IMG/VR virus record: IMGVR_UViG_3300032212_000028
Span: 1-45,811 of that record
DNA: 45,811 bases
Reading direction: 5' to 3' (one strand)
From: a virus
Taxonomy: Duplodnaviria > Caudoviricetes
Positions within the stretch are counted from its first letter, which is position 1, and each line of letters starts with the position of its first letter. Below the pieces are notes generated by a model. The model searched no databases. It was not told the origin of the DNA and saw only the letters and a program-made list of their open reading frames with translations. The translations under genes and the position numbers were made by a program. Positions 17,901 through 26,324 of this stretch are shown in pieces.

Positions 17901-19275
17901 TATCCATCGCCTCATCTATTTCAGTGTCATCTATCTCAGAAACATCTAACGGAATCTCTTCAAATCCCATAAATTCAAATGCTTTCTCTATATCGACCTC
18001 ATCTCCAACAACCTTACCCAAAGAATCAATTAATTTAGAGAATGCATCAGCTTTTTTATTATTCAAATCCCACTGATCAGATTCCGATGTCTCTGTCATG
18101 TCATCCCAATTTATTTCGTATTGAGTGTTTTCTAAAACGCCGTACCGAATAAACCAGTCAATCACATCAGTCACTAATTCATTAACGAAGTTTTCTCTTC
18201 GAGACTGGATCATAACCATAGTGGATTTATTATCCTTGTCGCCTGCTAGTACGCCAGTTTGAGCGCCTCTTAGTTCGCTAGAAGATATTCCACTACCAGC
18301 CGATATATTGTTCCATATAACCTCGGCGAACTCCTTAGGGCTGTCTAGCCGAATATTTGGATAATTAAACTCAAGTCCCCTGGACACAAACTTTCTTTGC
18401 CATTTTGCTAGAAAGTCGTCTATTTCAGTTTCTAGCGCTTCTTTTTCTGCTGTGGTGCTTGGCGCTTTGAATCCTTCCTGTGCGGTTATCACAGGCGCAT
18501 TACGAGTGTTTTGATAAAACCCCTCACCACCTGCGCCACTAATCTTTCGCAAGTCCATTAAATCGTTGTAGATGTTTTCTAGCGCGCTAATCCCGTATAT
18601 ACTGCCATCATCTGCACCCTCTGCGGCTATAATCAACCTCGATGGGTGGATCTTTTTTGTCATTGCCTCGTCGCGGTTTCTATCTCCATCGCCTGACGGG
18701 TTGAACTCATACATGATCGGCTGTCCGTAGTTAGGAGATGTTTGGTTTCTTTCTGTTGCGTCTACGATTAGTTGACCCTCGTAAATTGGCTTTAGATTAA
18801 CTATCTGACTAATACTGTTTAACATTCCGATCTCTTCTTCGGGCATCAATCCATCAGCAACCTCTACAAACAAACCGGCGTACCTTCCAATTCTTTGTCT
18901 TTTATCTAGCCCTTTTAGTCGATTCCATAAGTTAGTGTTTTTAACTAATTCCTCAAACTCTCTCTCGAATCTGTCGCTTGATTCTATTGATGGAGGCTTT
19001 AACCAAGAAAGATTAGGCGGGATATTGACCACCGCAGACGCAACGCCGAACCGCCTATACATATTCCAGTAATTGCTAAATTGTAACTGGTCTGGATATC
19101 CAAAGTCGTTATAAATGTTGTGGATAGTATCGCTATTGTCGTACCCACCGCTCATCTGCGCGTAGACTGAGCGAGTGTTGTTATTAGCGTTAATTTTTAT
19201 TAATAGATCCTTAAGCTCTTTTTGATACTTATTATTGAGCCTAATGTCTTTCTCTTTTTTTGATAAACCAAACAT
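17869..19275 (-). CDS. Portal protein (DUF1073-like)
   Basis: Follows terminase; YRRFGVA...IGRYAGL...YGQP..Y...IHPSRL. Confidence 0.88.
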   Translation of the reverse strand: MFGLSKKEKDIRLNNKYQKELKDLLIKINANNNTRSVYAQMSGGYDNSDTIHNIYNDFGYPDQLQFSNYWNMYRRFGVASAVVNIPPNLSWLKPPSIESSDRFEREFEELVKNTNLWNRLKGLDKRQRIGRYAGLFVEVADGLMPEEEIGMLNSISQIVNLKPIYEGQLIVDATERNQTSPNYGQPIMYEFNPSGDGDRNRDEAMTKKIHPSRLIIAAEGADDGSIYGISALENIYNDLMDLRKISGAGGEGFYQNTRNAPVITAQEGFKAPSTTAEKEALETEIDDFLAKWQRKFVSRGLEFNYPNIRLDSPKEFAEVIWNNISAGSGISSSELRGAQTGVLAGDKDNKSTMVMIQSRRENFVNELVTDVIDWFIRYGVLENTQYEINWDDMTETSESDQWDLNNKKADAFSKLIDSLGKVVGDEVDIEKAFEFMGFEEIPLDVSEIDDTEIDEAMDNGDIEQPDQN

Positions 19276-19284
19276 AATTAGCCT

Positions 19285-20685
19285 TTAAAATATCGATCCA
19301 TATGATTCTTGCTCTTCTTGCGGGGCGTAACACATGATAAATGCGTCAGCATCGTTCGGCGAAGGTATATCGCGCTTTGCTAAATCTTCTTTAGATTCTA
19401 CCATAACCTTACCTTTCTTACTAAATTTGCGTCTAGGTGTTGATAATTCCGTAATCAGGTTTGACAAGTTTGGCATATCTGAGCTAATACTAATTAACTC
19501 ACTTTTTTTAAACTCGTGTCCTTTAGTAACTGCGTTATAAGTATTTCTGAACCTCTCAGCAACCAACCACCATGCTTGAGCCTTTAAGTTCTCGAAAAAG
19601 TCTTTGTTTGTTATTTTTTCCTCATCAGTATCAACGTAGTATTCGTCTGGATTAACAACTGCCGCGCCTGCGATAAACTTTTTGTATTTTATTTCTCTAT
19701 AACCAGGTTCGGTTTTCCTTTCGTCGTTCAGCTCTTTGAACTTTGCGCCGCATGATGCACCTACACCAATTGAGTCGTAAGTTATTTCTGAATCAAACGA
19801 TAACGCCTTGCTGTACACCCTGGTACAAGATTCTAGCAACTCGTCCTCTTTAGCTTTCCAGTGTTCACCCCATACCGCAACAATATCATGTACGACGACA
19901 TGAGAACATAAGTCTGATCCGCTATCAGCAACATCGAACCCTGATTGCTTATTCCCAATAGGAGCTATCCCTAATTTAATATGTGCATCAATTGCTGCTT
20001 CAATATGTGAACGCTTAATAACGACGTTATCATCGTCTTTTCTAGGCACTCCCAAATAGATATGTTCATATTCTTCATAGTCCTGCTCTTTTAATCGGTT
20101 GATTTTCCTAAGCATTGTATCGGAAAGGAATGGGTTTTCATCGTAGTTTATGTGCCTAACAATCGTTCCTTCGCTGGTATGAAAAGTTTCGACAAAATCA
20201 CTTACCAACCTTGGATTGTACAATATCCAGCACTCTGCCCCATCGTTTCTAAGTGTTGGCTCAATGATAGACCATTGTTCTTTAGTTAATCCTTCCCCTT
20301 CTTCTATCCAGCATATATCAGCGCCCTCAAAGCCTTTTATCTCTGCTATGTTTCTGTGAATACCGTAAAAGTGGAATGATGATTTGGTATACTTATGGAC
20401 TATTTCGGTTTTTAATATACTGAATTCGTCTTGAAGTCCGAAGCGCTCTATTTGGATGATTAGATTTGCATAGACAGATTCTTTAATCTTGTTTTGGAAT
20501 TGTCTAACGCATAAGAATTTAACAGTGTAGTTACATGCTAAGAATATGGCGAATCCTGCACAGTCCCATGTTTTAGAAGACGCTCGACCACCTTTAAGTA
20601 TTTTATTGTCTGCCTTAGTTTGCCAGAAGTCTTTTAGTGCTGGATTAAGGCTTGGCTTTGATTCAGTCTTTGCTGTAGAAGTCAT
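19285..20685 (-). CDS. terL: Terminase large subunit (PBSX-like)
   Basis: Walker A GGRASSKT, Walker B WIEEGE, nuclease SPNDADA; start at 20685 or 20712. Confidence 0.96.
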   Translation of the reverse strand: MTSTAKTESKPSLNPALKDFWQTKADNKILKGGRASSKTWDCAGFAIFLACNYTVKFLCVRQFQNKIKESVYANLIIQIERFGLQDEFSILKTEIVHKYTKSSFHFYGIHRNIAEIKGFEGADICWIEEGEGLTKEQWSIIEPTLRNDGAECWILYNPRLVSDFVETFHTSEGTIVRHINYDENPFLSDTMLRKINRLKEQDYEEYEHIYLGVPRKDDDNVVIKRSHIEAAIDAHIKLGIAPIGNKQSGFDVADSGSDLCSHVVVHDIVAVWGEHWKAKEDELLESCTRVYSKALSFDSEITYDSIGVGASCGAKFKELNDERKTEPGYREIKYKKFIAGAAVVNPDEYYVDTDEEKITNKDFFENLKAQAWWLVAERFRNTYNAVTKGHEFKKSELISISSDMPNLSNLITELSTPRRKFSKKGKVMVESKEDLAKRDIPSPNDADAFIMCYAPQEEQESYGSIF

Positions 20686-21109
20686 TGAATGATTTTGGTG
20701 ACATTGATCCATCGCTAGAAATTAAATCGTGTTTATCGCTCCATCCCATATTTTTTAGAGCAAATATAGCTCCTGTACATCCTGGATTATGCAGCATTGC
20801 TTCGTAATTGGACTCAATATAGAGGCAAGCTCTTTTTATTATGTCGGTAAACCGTTGATCTTCTTTGTACTCGTAAAGGCTAGATCTTGATGTAAACCCT
20901 AGCTCATAAGCCATTCTTGTAACTGTTAAGTGGGGGATCTCTATAGCATTGCCATTGATGATCACGGTTTTAGTTGGTGGGTTGTTGATGTATTTTTCGA
21001 TGGCCTCTTTAAGCTGCTCAGCCGTATCAAACATTCTAGGCCTACCTCCCAAGTTCTTAGGCTCTTTAACCTCTTGCGTGGGAAAGTTGGATTCTTTGTT
21101 ATCACTCAT
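20663..21109 (-). CDS. terS: Terminase small subunit
   Basis: GGRPRMF...LGFTSRSSLYEY...GAIFALKNMGWSDK, a DNA-packaging gp3-like motif. Confidence 0.9.
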   Translation of the reverse strand: MSDNKESNFPTQEVKEPKNLGGRPRMFDTAEQLKEAIEKYINNPPTKTVIINGNAIEIPHLTVTRMAYELGFTSRSSLYEYKEDQRFTDIIKRACLYIESNYEAMLHNPGCTGAIFALKNMGWSDKHDLISSDGSMSPKSFNDFYSKD

Positions 21110-21112
21110 AAT

Positions 21113-21140
21113 AAAAAGATGCCGCTAAACTACTTGCGGC
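21113..21140 (-). terminator. Terminator-like hairpin immediately upstream of terS
   Basis: GCCGC-N10-GCGGC followed by ATCTTTTT. Confidence 0.5.
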
Positions 21141-21187
21141 TTAAGTTGCTTTGGGAGATTCATATTGATATTGTATCATGATAGTGT

Positions 21188-21517
21188 TTATTGGTCTATT
21201 GTGCCTCTATCAACATTAATCGATGCGAACCACGTTAATTTTCCGCTATCGTCGACCTGTATTTCTAGCAGTGATGGATTGTAAGCTGTTAGCGCGCCTG
21301 TTTCTATGCTTGTAAATTGAACAACAACTAAGCTGTTAGCCCAGTCTGATCCTGGGTTTGCCTCTAGCACAGTGACTGGCGCAATGAGCACGGTGTCTTT
21401 GTTCTCGCTAACTAGTGAGGCTTTAACGGTTGCACCTCCGTTGATAATAAATGTCGCGCCATCTTTCTTCAGTGTAACGGGTAGCGATACGTCATCACCT
21501 GTAACTATTGTTGACAT
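21188..21517 (-). CDS. BppU-N/Ig-like small virion adaptor protein
   Basis: IVTGDDVSLPVTL...LEIQV beta-sandwich pattern. Confidence 0.55.
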   Translation of the reverse strand: MSTIVTGDDVSLPVTLKKDGATFIINGGATVKASLVSENKDTVLIAPVTVLEANPGSDWANSLVVVQFTSIETGALTAYNPSLLEIQVDDSGKLTWFASINVDRGTIDQ

Positions 21518-21729
21518 ATTGTAGCCTCTAAAGTTTGAGTGCTTATGCTTGTTGAGTAAGCGATTAGTTTGTTAGATGTTAACATATTTGGCGCTATATT
21601 TGCACTTAAAGCCTGTGATAATGAAGCGTTTAAAGCTTGCATTAAATTTGCCTTTCTGTCGCCGCCTATGATGACCGTGCCAGCGCCTGAACTGAGCAAT
21701 CCGTTAGTTACTATCGATAAGGTGCTCAT
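21505..21729 (-). CDS. Hypothetical protein in accessory structural operon
   Basis: Overlap-coupled to both neighbours. Confidence 0.55.
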   Translation of the reverse strand: MSTLSIVTNGLLSSGAGTVIIGGDRKANLMQALNASLSQALSANIAPNMLTSNKLIAYSTSISTQTLEATICQQ

Positions 21730-23255
21730 GGATCGCGTGTGACCGTTGAGGTTGTCTCGCCATCGCCTGAGATAGTTTGCGATATTGTTCCGGAAGTTCG
21801 ATTAGTTGTTGTTACTGTAACAGGGTTTGAGATATCTAGCCCTTGTAGAGCATACATTTCGTCCAATTCTAATTTCATTGCTGTATTTTCTGCGACCAGG
21901 TCGGCTATTATCTTAGTTTCTGTTAGATCTTGTACATCACAACCGACTCCTGAGCTATCTGTTACCACGCATTTGCCGAACACTTTTATTGTGCCAGCAG
22001 TGTTTGATGAGTCTACTAGTAGCGTTCCGCTTGTGAATGTTAGATCAAATGTTTCTGCTCCAGCTTTATTGATTATATTAAAGTTACCAGCCATCCTATC
22101 CCCATTCACCGTAGAGCCGGTAGCCACTGCATCGATGACGGCATAATCCTGACCTGATAAAATATTTTTAACGCTAGATACGTCTGTTAGCGATGTTGCC
22201 CCGTTATTTCCAGAATTTCCAAGACCTAACGTGTCTTGTATTCCAGACTCTTTGATAATGCCCGTGAAATCAAATAAGTTTGATGTTATAGCTTCGACTA
22301 TTAAAATATTTCCGTCCATTACACCAGTAACAACTTGGTTTGTAAATGTGCAATTATCTAAAACAGCACCCGTGGTTAAAACGGTAATACTTTTAAGCGC
22401 GTCAGCACCTGTGAACTTTATTCCATCGCTGTGATCGGCTGCTATGATGTTTGTTCCTATAAGAAACACATCTCTCATTTTTCTAATTGCTATAACTCCA
22501 GCCGCAAATGTGTCATTTTTGCATGGTGTGGCTAGCGTTCCTGCTAATCCGGTTGAGCTTTCTATACCTGTCGTATTGTCTATTGTTACACCTTTGAAAA
22601 ATAATCCTGCTTCAAGAGCTTCTTGACTGGTTGCTGTCGCAGAGCTTGAAGCGGTTAGTACAACTTGAGTGAATGCGGTTGGATATACCGGGCTGATTGT
22701 TGCACCTAAATCGTCAACAGCTACCTGATTACCACCTGACATATTTTTTTGAATAATGTTATGAATAGTGTAGTTATCGCCGATTGTCCAATCATTTGCT
22801 ATGCCGTTTTGCAAGGCTCTATGTGTTAGATTGTTTTCGTCAATTACACTAAGTACTTCTGAAACGCTTCTATCATCATAATTAATAATTGCAGCACCTC
22901 GCTTTACTTGATTGGTAACAAACGATGCAGATAAATCTTCTAATGCTTGAGTGCCGATGGCGGTAGCTGTGCCTGATTGTGTTGCGGTGTAATCAGAAGC
23001 AAATGACCATTGAAGGTTATCAAAAGTCGATGTTATTCCAACCGTTGTGCCCCCGCCTAAATCGTCCTTTCCTGAGCCTGAAACAAGTACAGTGTTATCA
23101 ACTCCCGGGGTTGCCCCAATAACGTCGATATCGTCCTGTTTCGCGCTCAATGTGTCGAGAGCATCTTGTACTGTAACCTCATTAACTCCAACCGGACTCT
23201 CTGCTATGCGCGGCGAGGTTACTAGAGTATATGATATTCCCGTTAGCTCTGTCAT
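21726..23255 (-). CDS. 509 aa Thr/Gly-rich putative virion fibre protein
   Basis: Beta-rich; shares a ~70 aa module with the tail spike; short coiled coil near the C-terminus. Confidence 0.6.
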   Translation of the reverse strand: MTELTGISYTLVTSPRIAESPVGVNEVTVQDALDTLSAKQDDIDVIGATPGVDNTVLVSGSGKDDLGGGTTVGITSTFDNLQWSFASDYTATQSGTATAIGTQALEDLSASFVTNQVKRGAAIINYDDRSVSEVLSVIDENNLTHRALQNGIANDWTIGDNYTIHNIIQKNMSGGNQVAVDDLGATISPVYPTAFTQVVLTASSSATATSQEALEAGLFFKGVTIDNTTGIESSTGLAGTLATPCKNDTFAAGVIAIRKMRDVFLIGTNIIAADHSDGIKFTGADALKSITVLTTGAVLDNCTFTNQVVTGVMDGNILIVEAITSNLFDFTGIIKESGIQDTLGLGNSGNNGATSLTDVSSVKNILSGQDYAVIDAVATGSTVNGDRMAGNFNIINKAGAETFDLTFTSGTLLVDSSNTAGTIKVFGKCVVTDSSGVGCDVQDLTETKIIADLVAENTAMKLELDEMYALQGLDISNPVTVTTTNRTSGTISQTISGDGETTSTVTRDP

Positions 23256-23256
23256 T

Positions 23257-26200
23257 TTAAGGTAGATTTACCGCTGGATCGGTGTTGAATACCGCACCTA
23301 TTGAGCCACCTGTCGCAGTAAAGTCGCCGGTGAATGAATCTGCTTTTTTGCCTTTTATTCGTGCAATTCCAACGATTGGAAAATCAGCTACATATTCGAC
23401 CTGATTACTAACCGATGAACCGACTGCAACCTCTAGGTTAAATGCCACAAAAGCATCATCTGTTGATGTTAGAGCAGAACCTCCAGTTACATCGCCAATA
23501 GTTCCGGATGTTAAAGTGTAAGTGTTAGTTGTTCGATTAACTGAACTATAAGGGAAACTTAGGAAATCAAGAGGCAAGTTGGGGTTTTCACATTTAAGCA
23601 CGCCGCTATCTGGTACGTCTTTTGCTGTTGGTGAAACCGGTTCGCCACCTGCAGCAAGTACAATCACCGTATTTACAGCAGCATTTCCAGCGCCAATGGT
23701 ATATTGGGTAGAATAAATATCTTTAGACCCTGAACCTACTGCGCCTGTTGCTCTAAATAATCCAGCGCCATAGCCCGCTGCTAATCCTGTCATTTGAATG
23801 GTTTGAACATTTGGCGGATCTTCCGTTACTCCAACATCATCGATAAGTTGTACGTCCTGTAGGTTTGCCGCTGCTAGTGTTGATTTTTCCCAAAACAATC
23901 CTTGAGCTGCAAACAATTTAGGAGATGCAAATGAACCATGAGGGCAATTATTAGCCGTTCCATAGGTTGATTTAAACTTTCTGAAAAATCTACCTTGTGT
24001 CGTTGTCGCACCTGTTCCTATTCCGTCTATTTCAATAACCGATTCCTTCCTATCCAGAAACTTCGTCCATTCATAGCAATTTTTAGTGCTTTGCGCGCTA
24101 GCATCAGTAAGGTTTGCTGTTCCTACTGCAACATAATCATTATCCGCACCATCACCTATGTCTTTAGGTATAGTGGTCGCTGTTAAAGTTGCTGTCGGAG
24201 TATTTAAAGCGCCGGACGATCCACCAGTCAATAATCCAGTACCATTGAATGTTCCAGAAACTTCCTCAATATAAATAGTACCGCCGTCATCCTCCATAAA
24301 ATAACCGGTTGCACCTGATCCGGTTTGAGTTATTAACTCCCCAAGTATGTAAGTTGCCACTGTGGTTGTACCGCCTGTAAATTGACGCTGTACTGTCATG
24401 ATTTTAATATCAGTTCCATATCCAGCAACTAGATTAACTACTGTGCCAGTTAAAGTAGCGCTTTTTCCTGAAACTTCACCAGTTATAACATCGGTGGCTA
24501 TAAAATCAGTTCCCGTTTTGAGCACATAATCGACATTCCCTGTCGTTGTCCCTGAATCTGCAGTAACAATTCCAACTTTTAGAGTGTTGCCTGAACCTGA
24601 GGTTATCTCTTCGCCAACGGTAAATGATCCCGACCCCGTATTATAAGCAAACTGGTATTGTCCAGTATCATTTCCTGAGTCATCGATAGTTTGAAGGAAC
24701 ACAGGCGCTACCGTTGCATTTGTAGTGGCATTGTCAGCCGATGCGTAAGTCCTCAAATATTCGTGGTTATGAACAGAAATATTACCGCCATCAATTAACT
24801 GACCTAACCCGTCCACAGTTCCGTCTATGTACTGCGGATCACGATTAGTTTTTTTCAATACTAAAGTATTAATATGACCCTTAAGCCAGTACTGCGGTAT
24901 TACACTGCCATCTTGCTCGATGTATAAATCAGGTTGCGGAGTAGGGTTGGTAGCGTCAGTTAAAAACCCATGATTGCCAACTCCAAACATCGAGCCAGCA
25001 GATTGAATATTTACAAATATGTTATTTGCTGCCTCATCTTGAGACCCCCCATTCATTAATGATCTTTGAGATAAATGAGGTATTTTCCACGGATCTAAAA
25101 CTGTGTAAGCTACATCTTTTACCTGACCATCTAAAGATTGTTTATCATCTAACTGCAAAGTGTCGTCCATGATACCCTTAACATAAGAATACATTTCAAC
25201 CCAGTCTCGAATGATATTTAATGACCCCGACCCATAGATCCCCCCTTCGTCTGCTCTTTGAGTTGTGATGATTGGTGTTGCCGCTGGAATGTTTAGCGTT
25301 GCCGCTGCCAGTATAGCCGTCAATCCATTAACCGCCGCAACATTTTCGTAAGTATCATCAGCCAGCAATCTATCCAAATCTTCTAAATCGGTAAATGTTC
25401 CAGACTTGCCAGCAAGTATTAATTTGCCGGTGGTTGAGGTGTCAACTATAATTCCAATAACTCGACCTTCCACAAGTGATGTAGCACCCCTTAGGACATC
25501 TCCGATCGCCCACACTTTTCCTGAAACAAGCGTATTATAGAAAACAACATCCTCAATATTAATTGTGTTGTTGTCAGTCCATGCGCCGCCGGTAGTGTCT
25601 GAATTTATCACGTAAATTGAGCCAGTAGATACATCCCCATAAACTCTTTGATTTTTTCCTTTTGCGCCAGTTACCGCATCAGAAATATTTGCTTCGTGAG
25701 GAATCTCTATTGTTCCACCATCATAATGAATGATTGCCGCGTTATTTGTGTTAGCTGCTCCAGGTGGAGATAATTGGCCTGCGGTTTGTCCAGTAGTAAC
25801 AACGCCCGAGTTATCTACTTCGACACCAGTAGCTAATGAAACGGTTGTTGTTCCCCCATCATTGCTCAGAGCATCATTATTTAAATAACCAGCAGTAACC
25901 GTATCACCATAAATAGTTCCAGCGCCCTGCGTTGTAGTCATATTGTACTCAATCGCCCTAACTGTTATTGATTCAGTCGTGGGGCCTGTAATTGTTTCTC
26001 CTATAACAAACCCTCCATTAGTCACGGTATCAAACCCTAATGTGGAAAGAACTTCAAACGGATCATTGTCTTCAATCAGTCCTGTCACATTAGTTAAATC
26101 AAGATAGCCGGTTGCTGTCGTTCCACCTAAATCATCACCACCGATGACCTTCGCCGTAACGCCTGAATTTGCGAAAATAATATAATCACCAAGAGACGGA

Positions 26201-26313
26201 GCATTACCCGTCAAGGTGTCGTAATTTACCCGACCATCAATGTGCTGTAATACTGGTACAGTTCCAGAGCTTGCGCCTGTATAGTCTAACTGCCAATCGT
26301 CCGACACTGCCAT
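23257..26313 (-). CDS. 1018 aa repeat-containing putative virion fibre protein
   Basis: About 6 internal F/Y-x-x-G-E/D-x-I-T repeats; AGGAG SD. Confidence 0.6.
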   Translation of the reverse strand: MAVSDDWQLDYTGASSGTVPVLQHIDGRVNYDTLTGNAPSLGDYIIFANSGVTAKVIGGDDLGGTTATGYLDLTNVTGLIEDNDPFEVLSTLGFDTVTNGGFVIGETITGPTTESITVRAIEYNMTTTQGAGTIYGDTVTAGYLNNDALSNDGGTTTVSLATGVEVDNSGVVTTGQTAGQLSPPGAANTNNAAIIHYDGGTIEIPHEANISDAVTGAKGKNQRVYGDVSTGSIYVINSDTTGGAWTDNNTINIEDVVFYNTLVSGKVWAIGDVLRGATSLVEGRVIGIIVDTSTTGKLILAGKSGTFTDLEDLDRLLADDTYENVAAVNGLTAILAAATLNIPAATPIITTQRADEGGIYGSGSLNIIRDWVEMYSYVKGIMDDTLQLDDKQSLDGQVKDVAYTVLDPWKIPHLSQRSLMNGGSQDEAANNIFVNIQSAGSMFGVGNHGFLTDATNPTPQPDLYIEQDGSVIPQYWLKGHINTLVLKKTNRDPQYIDGTVDGLGQLIDGGNISVHNHEYLRTYASADNATTNATVAPVFLQTIDDSGNDTGQYQFAYNTGSGSFTVGEEITSGSGNTLKVGIVTADSGTTTGNVDYVLKTGTDFIATDVITGEVSGKSATLTGTVVNLVAGYGTDIKIMTVQRQFTGGTTTVATYILGELITQTGSGATGYFMEDDGGTIYIEEVSGTFNGTGLLTGGSSGALNTPTATLTATTIPKDIGDGADNDYVAVGTANLTDASAQSTKNCYEWTKFLDRKESVIEIDGIGTGATTTQGRFFRKFKSTYGTANNCPHGSFASPKLFAAQGLFWEKSTLAAANLQDVQLIDDVGVTEDPPNVQTIQMTGLAAGYGAGLFRATGAVGSGSKDIYSTQYTIGAGNAAVNTVIVLAAGGEPVSPTAKDVPDSGVLKCENPNLPLDFLSFPYSSVNRTTNTYTLTSGTIGDVTGGSALTSTDDAFVAFNLEVAVGSSVSNQVEYVADFPIVGIARIKGKKADSFTGDFTATGGSIGAVFNTDPAVNLP

Positions 26314-26324
26314 GATATTTACTC

